This document shows, piece after piece, positions 41,345 to 54,770 of a stretch of 64,000 bases of DNA. Where the stretch lies: NCBI RefSeq assembly GCF_009914755.1, contig NC_060925.1. One strand, 5' to 3'. The notes beneath the pieces are model-generated. The model made no database searches. It was not told the DNA's origin and saw nothing but the letters and a program-made list of their open reading frames with translations. Every line of letters begins with the position of its first letter. Within the stretch, counting starts at the first letter, position 1. The translations under genes and the position numbers were made by a program. The DNA comes from the human T2T-CHM13v2.0 reference genome, Homo sapiens.

Positions 41345-41980
41345 TTCATTCATGAACCAATACTTGTTGAGCACTTACTAGGTGCCAGGCCCTGCACGAG
41401 GCCCTGAAGCTACAGGGGTGAATAAAACAGATGCAGTTGCTGCCCTCTGGAGCTGGAGCCTGTGGCGGGGGGTGGGGGGTGCAGGGATGTGAAGTTCTGC
41501 AAATACTGGGTTAACCACAATTTTCGAGGTTGAGGAGGAGAGGAAGGACATGGAGCTCTACCGGAGGGACCTAACCTGGTCTGGGAGTGAAGGAAGGCTT
41601 CCCTAATGATGTGACTTTGAAGTCAAGATGTAAGGAATAAGCTGGAGTTGGCCAGGTAAGGAAGGGGGAAGGGGAAGCAGGAAAAGCAGAGGGAACAGCA
41701 CCTGCTAGGGCTCTGAGGCAGGGAGGGGGTTGGGGTAAGGGGCAATGGAATCAGGCCCACGTGACTGCCATGTACTAAGCACGGGGAAAGGGCCTAAGAT
41801 GAGGGCTTGAGTGGTGAGCTTGGCCACATCATGCAAGATCTTAGAGGCCATGGTGAAGGTTTTAGATTTCATGGTACAAACACTAGGGAGTCACTGATGG
41901 GTTTTGACAAGGGATGACACAGTCAGATCTGTGCTTTAGAGAGATCCCTCTGGCAGATGAAGAAGAAACTGGGGAGAGGG
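41345..41980 (-). mobile_element. LINE-2 3' region
   Basis: cattcattcat...ttgagcacttactaggtgccaggccctg...ggaaggcttccct...cagatctgtgctttagagagatccctctggc. Confidence 0.85.
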
Positions 41981-43780
41981 GCTGTGAGGAGACCAGAGTA
42001 CAGCCACATCTTTGTCTGATCCTTGGTCCAGATACATTTGTGTCTGATTCACTCAACAAACATACTCCATATGCCTCCTCCTCACCTCTCACTTTGCTTT
42101 CATTTTTCTGTTTCAGGAAAAGACACCACATTCTGTCCAATGGTCCAGATCAGAAACGTGGAGTCCCCATGACTCGACCTCCTCTCTCATCCCTGCATCC
42201 AGTCTACCTCCCATCCCTTTCATCCTTTCTCTCCATCCCCCTTCCCCCACCCCAGGCAGACCACCATTCTCTCCCTTCTCAGGTACTGCCACAGCCCCTC
42301 CACCACCGTGAGGAGTCTCCCTGTCCTCAGGTTGCCCCACTCCAATCCACTCCCACATCAGGGGGACTCAAGTGCATCCCTCACACTTCTCTCATTTCTC
42401 ATTGCCTGAACAAGGTCACAAGACCCATCATCACCCAACCCTTGTCTACCTCTGGAGCCTCCTGCTCCTCCTCCCCTCCTGTCCCACCCCACACCCACAT
42501 CCACTTCCCTAGGATGCCAAAATAACACTGAGTTCTTTGAACTAATGTTCTGTTCCTAGCCTCCCAGCCTTTGCACACGCAGTTTCCTCTGCCTGGAGCA
42601 CTGTTTCTATTCCCCTTACCTGGCTTGCTCCTCGTATTTAGGTCTCAGCTTAATGCTACTCATTCATTCCTTCATTAATTCAATACATATTTACTAACCT
42701 GTACAATGTGCAAAGCATTACGATAGGTGCTAGGGTCCAGTGGGAGCAAGAAGGGCATGGTTTCTGTCCCCATGGAACTTACAGCCTGAACCCTGGGTGT
42801 GGAGCTATACACCCGCCCAATGCTGCCACAGTTCCCATCTTTCTGCTTGATGGAAATTATAGGTTATTGGTACTGTGAGCTCTCTCCCCTCCTAGTCTGC
42901 AAGACCCATAGGACAGGGGTTGAAGCACATAGTACAGTACTTGGCATTTATCAGGTCCCCAATGTGCCACATATACAGAACTGACAAACAGCCCCTTCCC
43001 TGTACAGTTAGAGGACACCTATGCAGCATGGCTCTGTAGAGATCATTCTGCCAGCATCACAGATCCCCCAGTGTGATATCTTCTGCCCAGACCTCATCAC
43101 CCTGGGCACTAGCACCACCCTTGCATCCCAGCAGCCCCCATGCCCACCACCTGCTTATGTAGAGCCAAAGACCCAAGAGATCCATTTCCCTCCCTGGCTA
43201 GCATGGAGCACTGCCACCCTGTAAGTCCTACTTTTCCATGCAAAAATGTTAATTGGAAAAAATGCTAATTAGCACAAATGTTAATCCACCCAAACTTGCA
43301 TTCTATGCCCAACAGCTGAAACAGGTGACACACAGCCCTCCTGCCTGTCCCTCACCCACTTCCTTTCCCCCCTCCATGCCCCGTGGAACTTGGCTTTTCC
43401 TGCAACTTGGGGAAGGGATGTGTTCAGTGCCCACTGTTGAAAGAGAACAAAAGAAAAAATGTGCACATCCTAGGAGAGGAAATGTGTGCTCATTTGCCAA
43501 ACACAAGTGAGCCTTTATTCTGTTCCAGCCCCACACTGCAAATTCCACATCACGAGACAAGGGTGTGCTGTGCCAAAAGTGGACTTTGTGACTTCTCGAC
43601 CTCCACTTATGAACTGCTGCGCCTGCTCCCTACCCCTGTGCCTCTGCTTCTCCTACTTGGAAACTTCTCAGCCATTGCTGCCCCACGCCCACCTGCTATC
43701 AAGTCTTGCCCCCAGTCCTGCCCTAGGTGAAGGTTCTAGGAACCCAAGTATAGCCATTGGCAACTTGCAGGCAAGCATAA

Positions 43781-44296
<516 letters not shown>

Positions 44297-44914
44297 CCAA
44301 AGCCTCAGTTTCTGCTTCTGTAAACAGAAATGAGATTTCCCACCAGGTGGGTTCTGGTGGGCATTCAATGGGATTACATTTGTATAGGCTCAGGAAATAC
44401 CAGTGTGCATCTGGGTACCTTGTCCCTCACTTGGCTGTGCGAGTGTTTCATTCCGCCCCTGCAGGTTCATGCCCACCCAGGTCCCAACCTTGTCCCCAGA
44501 AGAAGGAGTAGCAGGACTATGCCATGCCTGGGACTTCTGTGGGCAGCCTCAAGTCTCTCTCCATGCCATCCTGACCCAGCCTGGCAGCCCACAGCTGGCC
44601 CCAGGGGCCTTCACCATCACTGACCCAGAATCCTCCTATCCCATCCCCATTGGCCATCCCTGGACCAGAGCCCTCCCATTGCCCCCCACCCCAAGTGACC
44701 CAAGCCTTCTTTCTACTCTGCTATTGGACAGTCAATGCCGTTGGGCATCTGCCTTGGTTCCCAGCCTTACATCTGCCTATGATTCCCACCTTGATCCCTA
44801 GAGGGGTCTTAGCTCCTACCAGGCTTCTGTGGCTGTCCTGTCCCCTTACCCCAGACTATGCCTCTGGAAAGGAGAGCTGTCATGGATGGGGGAGCAATAT
44901 AATTTGCAGCTTAT

Positions 44915-45310
44915 GAATCAATGACTTAAATTCCAACTCCAGCCCCACCCTTATTAACTATGTGGCCTCCAGCAGGTCATTTCTATGGGAAATCACTGTT
45001 TACAGGGTCAATGGGGACATTAAATAGGTTGGTACATATATAGTGCTTATCCCAGTGTCTGGCACATAGTACCATCAGGGTAGGGAACACATCTAGTATT
45101 CTAAGCATTTTACATGTGGTAACTTGTTTAATTCATAACCATCCTATGAGATGGGTGCAGATATTCTCCCATTTCATAGACAGTGAAACCAGGCACAGAG
45201 AGGTTACATAACTTGCCCAAAGCTACATGGCTTGTAAGAGGCAGAGCCACATATCAAAACCAAGGGAGGCCGCTTGAGAGTCTATGCTCAGAACCACACT
45301 GCGTCTCCCC
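44915..45310. mobile_element. Two MIRs in opposite orientation (+ then -)
   Basis: cagtgtctggcacatagta (+ tail), then ...gaaaccaggcacagagaggttacataacttgcccaaag (-). Confidence 0.7.
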
Positions 45311-47583
45311 TATATGTGGAAGCTGTTGTTTCCATTTTAGTTATTTTGTCTGTATGTGTGTTGTCAGATGTCCTAACACCAAGGCCCTCTGCCAGGCTTC
45401 TGGTTTGGACCACCTCCTGGAATCCCTCACTGCCCCACCCCGCACTTGGCACTCCAGCCCACCCTGCAAGTCAGAACGCTGCAGCTGAGGCTCATGCATC
45501 TGTGAGAGAGAGGGAGTGCGGTGTCTGCCCTCATGTTGTGTGTGTCTGTGTGTGCAGATGCTGCGAGCAACAGGGAGCAAGCCAGAGAGGCCGATGGAGG
45601 AAAAGTCAGAGACAAAGAGATGTTGCTGCCAAATCCCTTTCATCTCCAGCAGAGAGAGAGAGAGTCTGAAACTCCACGGTAGGTTGGGAGTGGTCTGTGT
45701 GAGCAAGGGTGTGAGAGAAACTGTGAGTTCCAGAAGATGAGCAGAAGGCAGGCCGCCTCCTTGTGTGAGTGTCACTGTGTGTGCACAGGGGAGTGTGTGT
45801 GTGTGCCCCTGCGTGTTTGAGTGGTGAGCTTGTGAGTGTGCATCTGTGAGCACACATTGGACCATCGGCAATGATCGTTCCACCCCGGGATAAATGGCAT
45901 AAACAAGGCTAAGCTTCAAACAGGCCTTCCGATGACTTTGGTGGCAGAGAGGACAGGAGGAGGGAGAGGAGGAGAGAGGCTGCTGGAAGGAGAAGAAAAG
46001 GCAGCAAGCTCATGCACTGGGGAATGGGCATGTTGGACGCCTTCCACTGCCAAACTGTCCTAAACGCCGATCCATCCAACGGAATAACAAACACAGAACA
46101 GTCCCCAACACCAGAGCCGGGGCGTTTCCCAGGGGCACAAGGCCCGGCTCCTGCTCACAGGCACTGATATTTTATTGATTTTATAGCAGCCTGGAGGCAA
46201 TTGTAGTTGGGGCAGCAAAAAAGCAATTTTCCTCACCTCCTGCTTTCCTGACAGACCTCTCTGCTGAGCTGAGGCCAGCCCTGCGTGGCAGCCGGGGTGC
46301 ATTAGGTCACATCAGTACAACAGGAGAGCCCATGCTCAGTGACCTCCTCAGATTCACCTGCGTGCTAGGTCCTACTGTGGGACACATTATTGGAGAGACA
46401 GATATGTGGCTTAAGTCAAGAGGGAGTGACAGGGGCCAGGCCAGCCCTCTCCTACCTGCCTGGCCCAGGCTATTGAGCCGGGCAGAGTTCCTGCCAGCCT
46501 TCCAGTTTGGGACAGGGATGTAGGAGGCAAGTCTGGGCACAAAAAGGATGGGAGGCCAGGATCAGGCAGGCAGGAGACCCATACCTGATTCTGAAGCCAA
46601 CGTAAGCCAATGTCAGCTCCTCGGAGGGGTGGGGAGCAGGAGACTAGTCAGTTCACTCCACCTTCACTTTCCTCACCCATGCAATGGGCATGATCTCTCT
46701 TGGGATAATTGGGATCCATCACCTAGTGCATAGCAGGTGCTCACAGAACCTGGTGGTGTGCATTAGAAGTGAAGAAAACACAGCTCAACTCAGGCTTGCC
46801 AAAAAGTACATGACTCTTGGCTCACAGACTCTACCTTAGTAAGCACTAGAGTATTGAGAAGGTGTGGGAGGAGGGGTGGTGCCTGGTACCCGACAAGGGC
46901 TCAGTGAGTAGCTATGGAGGACAAGATGCTGAGAGCCTGAGGCGTGCACACATTCTAGAGGAAGCGGGGCCTGGAGAAGGACACAGGCCTGAGAATCAGA
47001 AGCCAGAATGTCTGCCGCAAAAGACCAGGAACAGGGGCAAGTTTCACGCAGGAGTTACATTTTAGAAAGCATGTCGAAGGGAGTGGGAGTTTGCTGGGTG
47101 GAGGGAGAGGGAGCAGGAACAGAGTTCCAGGCATGGAAAGCAGCATTGTTAAAGGCACCGAGGGCGAACTGCACAACTCGACTAATAACAAACCCAGCTG
47201 ACTGTCCCTTGTGTGCCGTGTGTTTCTCTAAGTGCTTTTCATGAATTCACTCATTTGTACCCTTTGAGTACATATTGTCGCTTATCTCATTTTACAGATG
47301 AGGAACTGAGACCCAGAGAGTGAAAGTCACTGGACCCTGGGCACACAGAGTCAAAATGCACTGTCTATTCTGCCAGGCCTTTGGTCCAGCTGGACTGATG
47401 GGAAAAGGTGCAGGGGAGGAAGGCCTCAGGCGTCGTTTGGAGAAGTTTAAAATGGATGCTGTGGCCAGTGGAGAGAGATCAGTCTAAGCTCTGAATCGAA
47501 CACTCTGGTGATTTCTGCAAAAGGTGGATGGAAGGAGTCGAGGCTGGAGGCAGGGATCATGAAGGAGGCAGCTTCCACAGGCA

Positions 47584-48246
47584 TTTTTTTTTTTTTGCAA
47601 CTTTTTAAATTTATTTTTCTAATTGATGCATAACAATTGTACTTATGGGGTACAGAGTGATATTTCGATACATACAATGTATAGTAATCAGATCCGGGTA
47701 ATTAGCATATTCATTATCTCAAACATGTATTATCTCTTTGTGTTGGGAACATTTGATATCCTCCTTCTAGCTATTGGAAACTGTACGTTATTGTTAACTA
47801 TAGTCATCCTACAGTGCTATAGAGCACTAGAACTTACTCTACCGCCTAGCTGTAATTTTGTGTCCTTGAAAAAATCTCTCCCTATCCTTCCTCCCCACTC
47901 CTCTTCCCAGCCTCCAATAACCTCTGTTCTGCTTTTTACTTCTATGAGATCAACTTTCTTTTAGCTTCCGCATATGAGTGAGAACGTTCGGTGTTTAACT
48001 TTCTGTTCCTAGCTTATCTTATCTAACATAATGTCCTCCAGTTCCACCCAAGTTGCTGCATATGGAAGGACTTCCTTCTTTTTTATGGCTGAATAATATT
48101 CCATTGTGTATATGTACCACACTTTCTTTACCCACCCATCTGTTGTTGGGCACTTGGGTTGATTCCATATCTTGGCTATTGTGAATAGTGCTGCAATAAA
48201 CATGAAGGTGCAGATATCTCTTTGATACGCTGATTTCCTTTTTTTC
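47584..48246 (-). mobile_element. L1MA-type LINE-1 3' fragment with an ORF2 C-terminal remnant
   Basis: ORF 48009-48293 reads DICTFMFIAALFTIAKIWNQPKCP...WYIYTMEYYSAIKK, the L1 ORF2p C-terminus, followed by an L1MA 3' UTR and poly(T). Confidence 0.93.
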
Positions 48247-50129
48247 AACAGCAAACTCAGGCTTTGAAAGCATTTATACACCAAATGATACATTTCTGCC
48301 CAGTGTCACTGCACTTTCATTCCCATTAGTGCTGTACCAGCTCCAGGAGTGCCCATTGCACAGATGAGACCACTGAGGTTCTGAGCTCTGATGACTAACA
48401 CATAACTGGCATCTGGCAGAGACTGGACTCGAACCTATGTCCCATGACTCTAAATTATCTGGTCTACATGATCTTTCTCCCCTACCTCAGCTGCACACTC
48501 TTGGAAGGCACTGTCTGTCTGATACACCAAGCACACAGTAAACCCCCAACAAGTATGTGTAGAATGAATGAGGGAGCATATGAATGAGGGAGTGTATGAA
48601 TGAGTGAGGCTGGATCTTGGGTGCTGGTCACTTCTAGCTCTAGGTGTCGCTCAGGTTGTATCACAAAAAGGAAAACAGATATAAGCCCTTTCACTTTCCC
48701 TCCATCAATCGAGGGATGATTCCTAATACATAGAGACAAGGTAGGAAGAGTCATGAGACGTGGGGGCAGAGCAAAACTCAGGGGTCCCCATCCTGGAGAT
48801 TAGACTTGGGGCCCTGAATTAGGCCAGAGGGCCCAGTTCACCACCTCCTCTTACTCCTAGGCTGGTGAGGACCTCCCCACACCCAGGCCCCAGAATAAAT
48901 GCCATCCCAGGCTGTCGGAGGGACCAAGGAGCTGCTCTGAGAAAGTCCTTGGCAGCTCTGAAGGTGGGTCCTTTAAATAAGGCAAACCTATTAGGGAGTG
49001 AAGGCACAAAACAGACTGCAATCCTGGAGGCTTGGGGAGATCTCGCTCCTCCAGGACTGCTATTCTGGAGGAAGCCAGTGCTGACTCGGAAATCCATTTC
49101 TAATATGATGTAAATGAACGATGGAAGTGCTCTTTCCAGAGTATTTTTAAAATAAGATCATATATACATATATATATGAAGAGAGAGAGAGAGAATATGA
49201 CAGATGGACGGGGTATTCAGTGGAGTATTTTTAATCCTGGAGTCAGGATTATGTAACGATGGGAAGAGAAAAGCTAAGGCAGGTGGTGAGTCATCTGGAG
49301 CAAAGAGGGGAAGCGAGTCACACCCAAACCCCTCTTCCCATTCTGCCAGCATCTGCAGGTGCCAAGATGCACAGGACCACAGCAAAGAGGCAAGAGAAGT
49401 GGACCCAGGGGTGGTGAAGAACCACCGTGTAAGCTGGCTCAGGGGGTGGAGGTGGGGACTTCACAGGTTCAGCAGGGGTCGTGGAGAGAAAGATAGGGCC
49501 CAGCCAGGCCTGGCTGCAAAGGCTGAATCCTGGAAACACTTGTCAATTTCCAGGAAATTGGAAAAGGCAGAGATATTTTCAAGTGAGTATTTGCTCTGCA
49601 CTGTACTGCAGACTACGTGTCATCTTTGACTTCCTGCAATTTGCTGAAATGGGAGGCTGTGAAGGCTCCCCTCAGAAATTGCAGCTGCAGCCTGGGGAAC
49701 ATACACTTTGCATGGCCTCCCTTAAAGGCTGACCCATAGGGACTCTTCGCCAGGCCTGTGAAGCAAGTGCCGTAGCCAACAGGCCTGTGTGAAGCAAGAA
49801 GCTTTGAGATGGAACATAAGGGAGCCCATCTTGACTGTGAAGGAAGGAAAGCTAGAAATGAGTGAGGGAGGGGAGGTGGGGGTGTCTGCCCCTGGAGAAC
49901 TTCCAGAAGAGAACACCCACCATCTGCCCCGGGTGGTTTGCAAAGTCATCTGCTGAAGGCAAGGGGCTGGACCAGATGGCCAAACGGAGCTCTTGTCTCT
50001 TCTGGAACCCTTTAACTCTAGATGCATTGCTGCTCAAAATACTCAAAGATGTCACAGAGTTAGCACCCATGCCTTCCTTCTTCAGCAGAAGAGCTCCTGT
50101 GTATACCCATTGCCTTCCACTTCCAATAG

Positions 50130-50330
50130 CTGCCATTTACTGAGTGTTCACCATAGTCCAGACATTGTGCTTTTCATATATTATCACACTGAATCCACTA
50201 TCCACCCTACAAGATAAAGGCTACTATTCCCACTTCACGGATGTGAAAACTGAGGCATAAAGTCAGTGGTTGGATTAGGACTTTAACCCAGTTTTTTGAG
50301 TCTAAATCTCGCTCTCTTAGCCTTGACAGC
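50130..50330 (-). mobile_element. MIR SINE
   Basis: gccatttactgagtg...cccacttcacggatgtgaaaactgaggc. Confidence 0.7.
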
Positions 50331-53300
50331 ATAGACACTCAGACCCAACAATTTTATTCCTCCAGGGCTGACCCTCCTCCGGGCTTAGACCCCTGCAGTA
50401 TGCTTAACTGAAGCCAAGGCAGTCATCAGTCAGGAGAGATGGCTGCTAGTTCCAGGAGCAGCTCCATCTGTCTGTGATCCAGGGCACTCATGGTGAGAAC
50501 CTACTGAGAAAGTGGCCCCCACACCTCCGTGCAGCCAGGGATGAGTCCACTGCAGTTACTGCCCTGAGAGGCTCTTCAAAGCCCTTGACTGGTCAAAGCA
50601 ATTGGGCTGGAGAAAAGGGGCCGAATCAACTTGGAGGCAGCCTTTGCTGCCTGGAGGGCTGATGCTGTTTGCTTCCAAGCAAACAGCTTCTCCTTTAGTT
50701 GTTTCCATTAGAGGATCCTGGAGAGAGGCCCAGCAGGAGGCTGTGCGTGCCACGAGGCCTGACAGGATTGGCCCGGTTTCTGCCCTAGCTCTGGCCTGTC
50801 CATGCTGCTGAGACAGAAGAGATGTGGAGACCACGAGGGAGATGCCAATGAGACAGAGACACAGTCAAGAGTCAGGGAGAAGGAGATACCATAAGAGACA
50901 GACAAAAAGGCCAGAACAGACAAGACAGAGACAGAGGCCACGAGAGAGGCTTGAGAGTCATGGAGACCTAGCAGGCAAATAAAAACAAGAGCAGAGTCCC
51001 CGAGAGACATGGAACCTGCCAGTTAGCAGGGCTTTATCCAGCCCTTCTATGTGGCAGGCACTGTTCTAGGCACTGAGGAGACAGAATTGAGCAAGGCAAA
51101 GCCTCTGCTTCATGCAGCTTCCTGCCTAGTGAAGTAAGGGGCAGGAGGGAAGATACCCCACTCATAAGAATCTCCCCAGACACCATGAAGACACCTTTAG
51201 ACAACAAGACGCTGAATCAGGGAGGCTTTGATGGCAGAAAAGAGGCAGGAAATGTCACAGGAACCACTAGCAGGCCAAGAAGAGAGGAGAGAGAGAGAGA
51301 GAGAGAGAGAGAAGCCATAGGAGAAATGACACCAGGGAAACCAGAAGATGTGGGGCCATGAGAGATGCCAATAGTCAGGAATCCTGAGAAACCTAGACAG
51401 AGTTAGAGAGGAGAGAAAAACCAAAGAAAGAGACCTGCCTAGAATCAGGGAGGCCAAAGATGGGAACAAAATGAGAAAGGCGCAAGCATAGAAAGCTAGA
51501 AACCTGAGTCAGGAAGGCAGAAAGGCTGGAAGAAACCCAGAGAGAGAGAGAGACAGATAGACAGACAAGCATGGAGACAGGGAAACAGTAAGACAGAGAA
51601 ACAAAGAGACTGTTGTTATCACTGATTATGGAGTTGGGTTTTCCAGGCCTCCCCCAGATCCATGAACTTCAACCCTCTCATTGCCAAGGGTTACTTTCAT
51701 TATCCTCCCTGATGGGCCTCAAGGTTTGAAAGATATTTGTCTACCAAACAATCTGCATTTCATAAGTAATAATCAATTCACTTTCCCATTTTTTATTCAT
51801 CAAAGACATCTATAACTGGCAATCAGAGCTTCAGATCAGTGGGAGATAGCTCATGTTGCCACACTGAGTTGCTGTACTTCCAGCCAAAAGCAAAGAAATC
51901 TGCCATTGAGTTGTCAGCCCTTGCACAACCAAATCACATTTCTGTTAAGTTTTGGGAGATGTTGACAATAGTTCAAAGGACACAAAGAGAGACCCTGCTG
52001 TCTTTGCAGACTCCTGCAGATCCAAGGGCCCAGTTTCCAGATGATAGTCCCAAGAAGTCCCTTCATCCTGCTGGCATTGAGCTGCACGATGTGGGCTGAG
52101 ATCCTGGGAAGGCCTGGCTCCTTTCCTGGGAGTATATGGCCAGAAATAGACACATATCGTCTATCCTAAGTAGCCTTTTTACGAACAAACTATACCTATT
52201 AAAATAACAGTACAAAACCTCAGCTTATCCCTCTCACTATGTCCTAGTTCTTGTCTTCCTCCACAGCCACACTTGCCAAGGGAGTATGGTTCTTTTCTTC
52301 TGACCTCCATAACATGGCTCATTACTCTTTTATTCATTGTCTTCCAGATTGCCCAAGCCAATAGCTTTTTCCAACTCAAGCTATTTAGCATTTAGCATTG
52401 TAGCCACTGCCCTCCCACTCCATTTTCAGATGTTAGGCTCAGGTCCAGAAGACTTGAGTGTGCATGCAGGTTTGTCTGTGCACCTGTAGGGTCAGTCTCA
52501 GGACTCCCAAAACAACAACCCAACCTGTGGGCAACCACTCATCCCTCGGTGTTTGTCTCTTCATTGTCCCTGTCAGAGCCCTAAAATAACCTATGGAGAT
52601 AAGCATATTATGACCCCTAGTCCAAGACCCTGGCCATGCACCAAGCTCTGAACCTGCAGGAAGAACTTGGCTTGAAGTCTGTCTGTAACCCCTTCTTGGG
52701 CTCTGACCCTGAGTTGGGTTGGCCTTGGTTTGGTTTCTTGTTTGACTCCCATTATGGTGTTTTTTCAGGTTCTCCTGTAGCTTCCCTGTCTTGCGTGCTG
52801 ACTCCTATTTCCCCCATCCAGTGTCTTCGGCATGGGCATCCATCCAGGCATCTTCTCCTGCTCCCAGCACTGCCCTCCTTGCCATGCACTCTGCTGCGAT
52901 TTCCCACTCATGTGTTGCTCATCCTGCCCCACTCCTTAAATGGTTTATGCCCCATCCTTCACTTCTGCCTATTCGGTTCCCACTGTCCTTTAAGGCCCAC
53001 TTTCTTCCCTATCCCCTGCTTCAGAGAGCCAATTTGATGCACATGTAGGATCTCAGGGGTCCCCTAAAACATCCAGTAGGGAGAGCTTGATAAACCTAAA
53101 TCCTAGAAGATTCCAAGAAAACAAGCACAGAGTGTCTCTTCCAGGCCAGTTGGAGCCAGGAAGAAAAGACCAAACTGGCAGGGTTAGAAACTAGGCACTG
53201 GGGCAAACAAAGAGTGTGGACAGTAGTGGACAAAATAAGATCCCTTTTCTACCTTTATGGCCAGGGCTGAGTCTCCAGAAACTCAGTGTTTTAGCCACCA

Positions 53301-53679
53301 GTCATGGTGCAGGATGAGCACCATGTGAGATAAAGGCAGAAAGTCAGGGCAGATAATTCCTAACTGCTACATGAGGCCTCATGCCTCCCTGCCATCATGC
53401 ACAATAGCAATATCTCACCCCACCTCTCTATTCTCCCAAAGCACTTCATGTTATCACCATTCATGTTTCACTTATAGCTGCTGTTTGTGCACAGGTACTA
53501 TTTTTCTCCTATTGAAAGTATGAAATTTCACAAATATTGATGACATTAACTCCTCAGTTGTATATTAAAATTAGGAGAAAATTCTATTTGAATAAAGACT
53601 TAAATAAATGCATTGTCTAGGGATAGGTCTATTCCCTTCTTACTTTCAACCTTGTCTATAATTAATTTTTACTTAGCAA

Positions 53680-54770
53680 TCTTATTTCATTTATTTATTA
53701 ACAAACATTTACTGAGTGCCTATTATGTGCCAGGCCCCATGCTAAGAGCTTGGGTGCCACAAGAACCAAGACACACTCTCTGTCCTCTAGGAGCCTATGG
53801 TAAAGACAGAGAGATAGGGGAGTAAACCATTGTCAAGCAAGGTAATAGGCACTAAAATAGAGATATGTGTTGAGTATTTAGGAAATATATACTAAGAGTG
53901 ATTGGCCAGGTGCGGTGGCTCATGCCTGTAATCCCAGCACTTTGGGAGGCTGAGGCGGGTGGATCATGAGGTCAGGAGATCGAGACCATCCTGGCTAACA
54001 CGGTGAAACCCCGTCTGTACTAAAAAAAGTATAAAAAATTAGCCGGGCACGGTGGCGGGTGACTGTAGTCCCAGCTACTTGGGAGGTGAGGCAGGAGAAT
54101 GGCGTGAACCCGGGAGGCAGAGTTTGCAGTGAGCCGAAATCACGCCACTGCACTCCAGCCTGGGCGAAAGAGCGAGACTCCATCTCAAAAAAGAAAAAAA
54201 AGAGCGATTGGCCAAGACTTTGATGTTGACAGTGGTCAGGGAAGGCAGGGATAGTGCCTTGCCAGGATCTGGAAGGGCATGTGTCAGTCAGAAGAGGATT
54301 GGAGAGGGAAAGAGAATTTCCAGGCAAAACGATTAACCTAGAAAAGGGAGAGAGCATGACACACAAATTAGTGGAATGGCAGGTTGTTCAGAAAGTCTAA
54401 TAATAGGATGCCCAGTAGGGTAAGGGAGGAGAGAGGGGAGCGATGTGGCTGGCTGGCGAGGGGAAGCAGAGTGAGACCATGAAGGGCCTTGTATTCAAAA
54501 GTAGAGAGTTTGTATCATGTATCCCTATGTTATGATAAGTATTCCTATCCCTTTGAAGAGATTTAAGCAGGGAACAGCATGACTAGATTTGGGTAGTAGG
54601 TAGAGCACTTCTGGCCAATGTGGAAACAAGATAGACAGATATTGTAATAGTTCAGGTGAGACATGATAAAGGTTTGGATGAAGGCAATGGGAATGGAGAA
54701 AATGGAGAAATTAAGATGGCATTATGTAGAAAGTGTCCACAGGCTTTAAAGACTGACTAGGTTGCAGATT
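53680..54770 (-). mobile_element. LINE-2 3' region, split by an AluY
   Basis: aacaaacatttactgagtgcctattatgtgccagg...tttaagcagggaacagcatg...ttcaggtgagacatgat. Confidence 0.75.
53904..54199 (+). mobile_element. AluY
   Basis: gaggtcaggagatcgagaccatcctggctaacacggtg and ggcgtgaacccggg diagnostics; TSD aagagtgatt(ggcca)/aagagcgatt(ggcca). Confidence 0.97.

Noticed and set aside
44915-45310. Oppositely oriented MIR pair as a miRNA-like hairpin source
   Set aside because: The copies are too diverged for a convincing stem by eye; no known miRNA recognised
48009-48293. ORF with real protein similarity
   Set aside because: A remnant of the L1 ORF2p C-terminus in a truncated L1MA, not a host gene
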